Below, piece by piece: positions 61,155 to 64,000 of a DNA stretch of 64,000 bases. The first letter of the stretch is position 1. Every line of letters begins with the position of its first letter. Both the position numbers and the translations under genes were made by a program. The notes beneath the pieces were generated by a model. It was not told the DNA's origin. It made no database searches and worked only from the letters and a program-made list of their open reading frames with translations. The stretch comes from Nemertoderma westbladi (lineage: Eukaryota; Animalia; Xenacoelomorpha), in the NCBI GenBank assembly GCA_032718475.1, contig JAUCBJ010000877.1, forward strand, positions 1-64,000, in the 5' to 3' direction.

Positions 61155-64000
61155 TTAAGTTGGGGAGTCCCTAGATGTTTGTTGGATTAGGGAGGTGGTC
61201 GTGGGAAGAGTATCTTGCCTTCCATAGTTTCCGGAGAGTTCTCTGTCTCTTTCCAGTAAACATAAACGACCAACTGGGCGATTGAGCTGCTGCGTCTCGA
61301 AGACAATTCCCGGTTTCTTAAAGTTACGTCACATGACGACGAGTTCTACCGATCGCACTAAACCATCATCCGAGATATGAGTCTCGATGATACGACCTGT
61401 CTGCCACCGCTTACGTGGAAGATCTGAATCCACAATAAGGACCATGTCTCCAGCGCTAACGTTTTCTTGCTGCGCAAACCACTTAGTTCGAAGTTGTAGC
61501 GTGGGCAGATAATGTTTTTCGAAATGGTCAGTGAAACGACGGGATAACAACTGCATAAGTTGCCAAGTTTTCCGGCAGTATTCGTCTCCGTCTGTGATTT
61601 CCGATCGTGGGAGCATGGCTACAGGTTTCTTCAGTAGGAAGTGCGCGGGTGTTAGCGCTTCCAGGGAATCGGGACTCGATGAGACTGGCATAAGCGGTCT
61701 CTCGTTGAGATAGGCGGCGATTTCCTCCATTAACGTCCGCAAAAGTTCGTCGGTGAGATACGCGCGGCACGGCACTATAAAGTGAAATGCGGTCTTCACG
61801 CTCCTGATTAATCTCTCCCAACTTCCTCCCCACCAAGGGGCGTCGGCGGCGTTGAAGGTCCAGCTAGACGCTGTTACCCTTAGCTGATTGTCCAGCTGTC
61901 TTTGGTTCCAATCTTTGACGTAAGCCTTGATTTCATTGTTGGCACCTATGAAGTTCGTTCCCTTATCAGATCTCATCGTGTTACTAGTTCCAAAGCGAGC
62001 GATCTGTCGGCGTAAGCTCAATAGGAAGCTGTTGGTAGATAAATCGTTCACCATATCGAGATGGATAGCTCTACAAGTCATACAAACAAAGATGACATAC
62101 CATCTCTTGACTATAGTCCTAGCACGATATACTTCAATAGGGCCAAATAAATCTACACCGGTATTAGTAAAGGGTGGTTCATAGAAGCTTACTCGTTCCC
62201 TAGGTAATTCTGCCTCTCGCTGTGTTAAAGGCCTACTGAATGCTTTCCTACAGGATATGCAGTTCCTAAGAACTTGGTTCAGAGCTCTACGGGGTTTATA
62301 AAAATAATAGCGATTTCGAATTTCGCTAAGAACTCGTTCTCTACCAGCATGATAAAGTTTGCTGTGAACATCTACAATCATCTTGATTTGTATTTCAAAA
62401 TTTCTAATGAGTATGGGAAACTTAGTGTCAAAGGATAATGGAGCATTAGTTAATCTTCCTCCAACACGTATCAACCCATCTATCATTGTGCTAGAGAAAC
62501 GATCCCTTAAGCGCATCTGTGGATTTCTCAACAACAGGAAATACTTATCGGAATCCTCATAGCATTGCAGGAGTCTCAGCATCTGCTTATTGGTTTCTGA
62601 TAACTGATCTTCTCCTTCAGAAACCTGTCGGATATCTTATATTTGGGAAGATCTTTAACAACATGGACCTGCACAGATGTCAGTGGAGCGGTATCACTAT
62701 TGGTCTTCGTCCTGGAGTAGTGATGATGAAAACATCGCTTTAAATATGTAACGGCCTTACAGAGCCGATTCCAGGAACTGTAGTGATATATCGCTCTCTG
62801 CAGGAGAGGTGAGAGTCCTTGCGAGACGTCTGGTATTACAGATTTCCAATCCTTCTCTCTGATTTCCACAACAGACTTATTTGTGGCTGTGGGTTTCGGA
62901 TCCAAAGCGTCGTCTCCGGAAGTGTGTAGTACAGACAGATCTACCACGGGTTTAAATAACTTCGATTTACTCGCCCGAGTTTTAGGTTTGACTTTCTCCG
63001 CTCCCTTGGCCTGTCTAATCTCCGCCGTAGTAAGATGAGGAGGCCATTCATCTTCTTCTTTGCTTAGGAAGTCGGGTCCACCTAACCAGTCTGGAGTATC
63101 TATCAGTTCTTGTGGAGTTGCTCCCCTGGAGGCGATGTCTGCTGGATTAATCGTTCCGGGGCAATGTCTCCATTGATCCATCTTCGTGCGACTAAGTATA
63201 ATGGCTACTCTGTTGGTAACGAAGACACTGAACTGACAGACTTCATTGGTTATATACTCCAACACGAGTAAAGCATCGGTCCAATAGACAGTTTTCTCCA
63301 GTGGATATTCAATCTGTTCTGTTACATTCCGGCCGATGGCTGTAGCGTATAGAGCCGCTTTTAACTCCGCTCGAGGAACTTTCAACTTGTTGTTTATCAA
63401 TGCCTTAGAGGTAACCAAGGCGACTTTGATTCCATCCAGAGTTTCCACTCTCAGGTAGGCTACTATACCTATTCCCATATCGCTGGCGTCTCCAAACACA
63501 TGGAGTTGATAGGAATACGTAGGGAGAACATGACCAAAATATGAACGGGAAATTATAAAGTTCTCGATGGCTGGTAGAGAATCTTCCCATTTCATCCACT
63601 TCTTTAATAGTTCTCCCTTAAGTGGATCGTCCCATGAGTGGTTTTCAAGCCACATTTGTTGTACTAAACTCCGAGCAATCAATATAACTGGGCTAATAAA
63701 TCCCAATGGATCGAAATAAGTGCTCAGGATACTTAAACAAATCCGTTTAGTCCGAACTGGATTATCTCGCTGTTTGAGCTGGAAAAACAGGATATCTCTC
63801 TCTGTGTCCCATTTCAAACCAAGTGTTTTGGTTTCTGGAAGATCGTCTTTGATTAGGTCTAGATCTTTCGCTCCTCGATCTTCTACCGGGATCGATTCCA
63901 GAAATTCACGGGAGTTGCTGGTGAATTTAGTTAATCGAAATCCACCTCTTTTTAAGCACTCTACCGTTCCTTTGGCGACATCAATGGCTTCTTCCACCAA
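61155..64000 (-). pseudogene. BEL/Pao LTR retrotransposon pol (end of RT, RNase H, integrase), continuing beyond the window
   Basis: KTLGLKWD, FDPLGFISP, LHVFGDAS, PRAELKAA, YWTDA, WRHCPGTINPADIASRG, GLIRVGGRL, HHCC zinc finger (HSKLYH...CISC), GVDLFGP, SDKGTNF, WERLIRSVK, LTPAHFL, DGLVRSV. Frameshift at ~62580. After an in-frame TGA at 61329 the frame continues through RPVGRLCLLE to TAA at 61155. Confidence 0.95.

Overview
AT-rich, repeat-dense eukaryotic DNA, very probably metazoan (it carries SEC16, RTE LINEs and a BEL/Pao LTR element). No prokaryotic features or CRISPR array are present. There is one clear host gene: SEC16 on the minus strand (13936-~23031), encoded by an uninterrupted ~9.1-kb ORF whose 3' end is strongly GC-rich. 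The rest is mobile or repetitive: a perfect 36-bp tandem array (1-2475); a TSD-bounded, decayed full-length RTE LINE (7219-10457) and two truncated RTE copies; a 20.5-kb nest of DNA transposons inside a pogo-like TIR pair (24231-44789) whose insertion order can be read from intact TSDs (TA, 5, 8 and 9 bp), with several minisatellites carried as cargo; further MITEs; a 31-bp hairpin minisatellite; and the 3' half of a BEL/Pao retrotransposon. Downstream of the BEL pol lie a decayed ~450-codon non-env ORF and a candidate 599-bp LTR, the best candidate for something undescribed, although it may belong to a second, older element. All calls were made by eye; no database searches were run.
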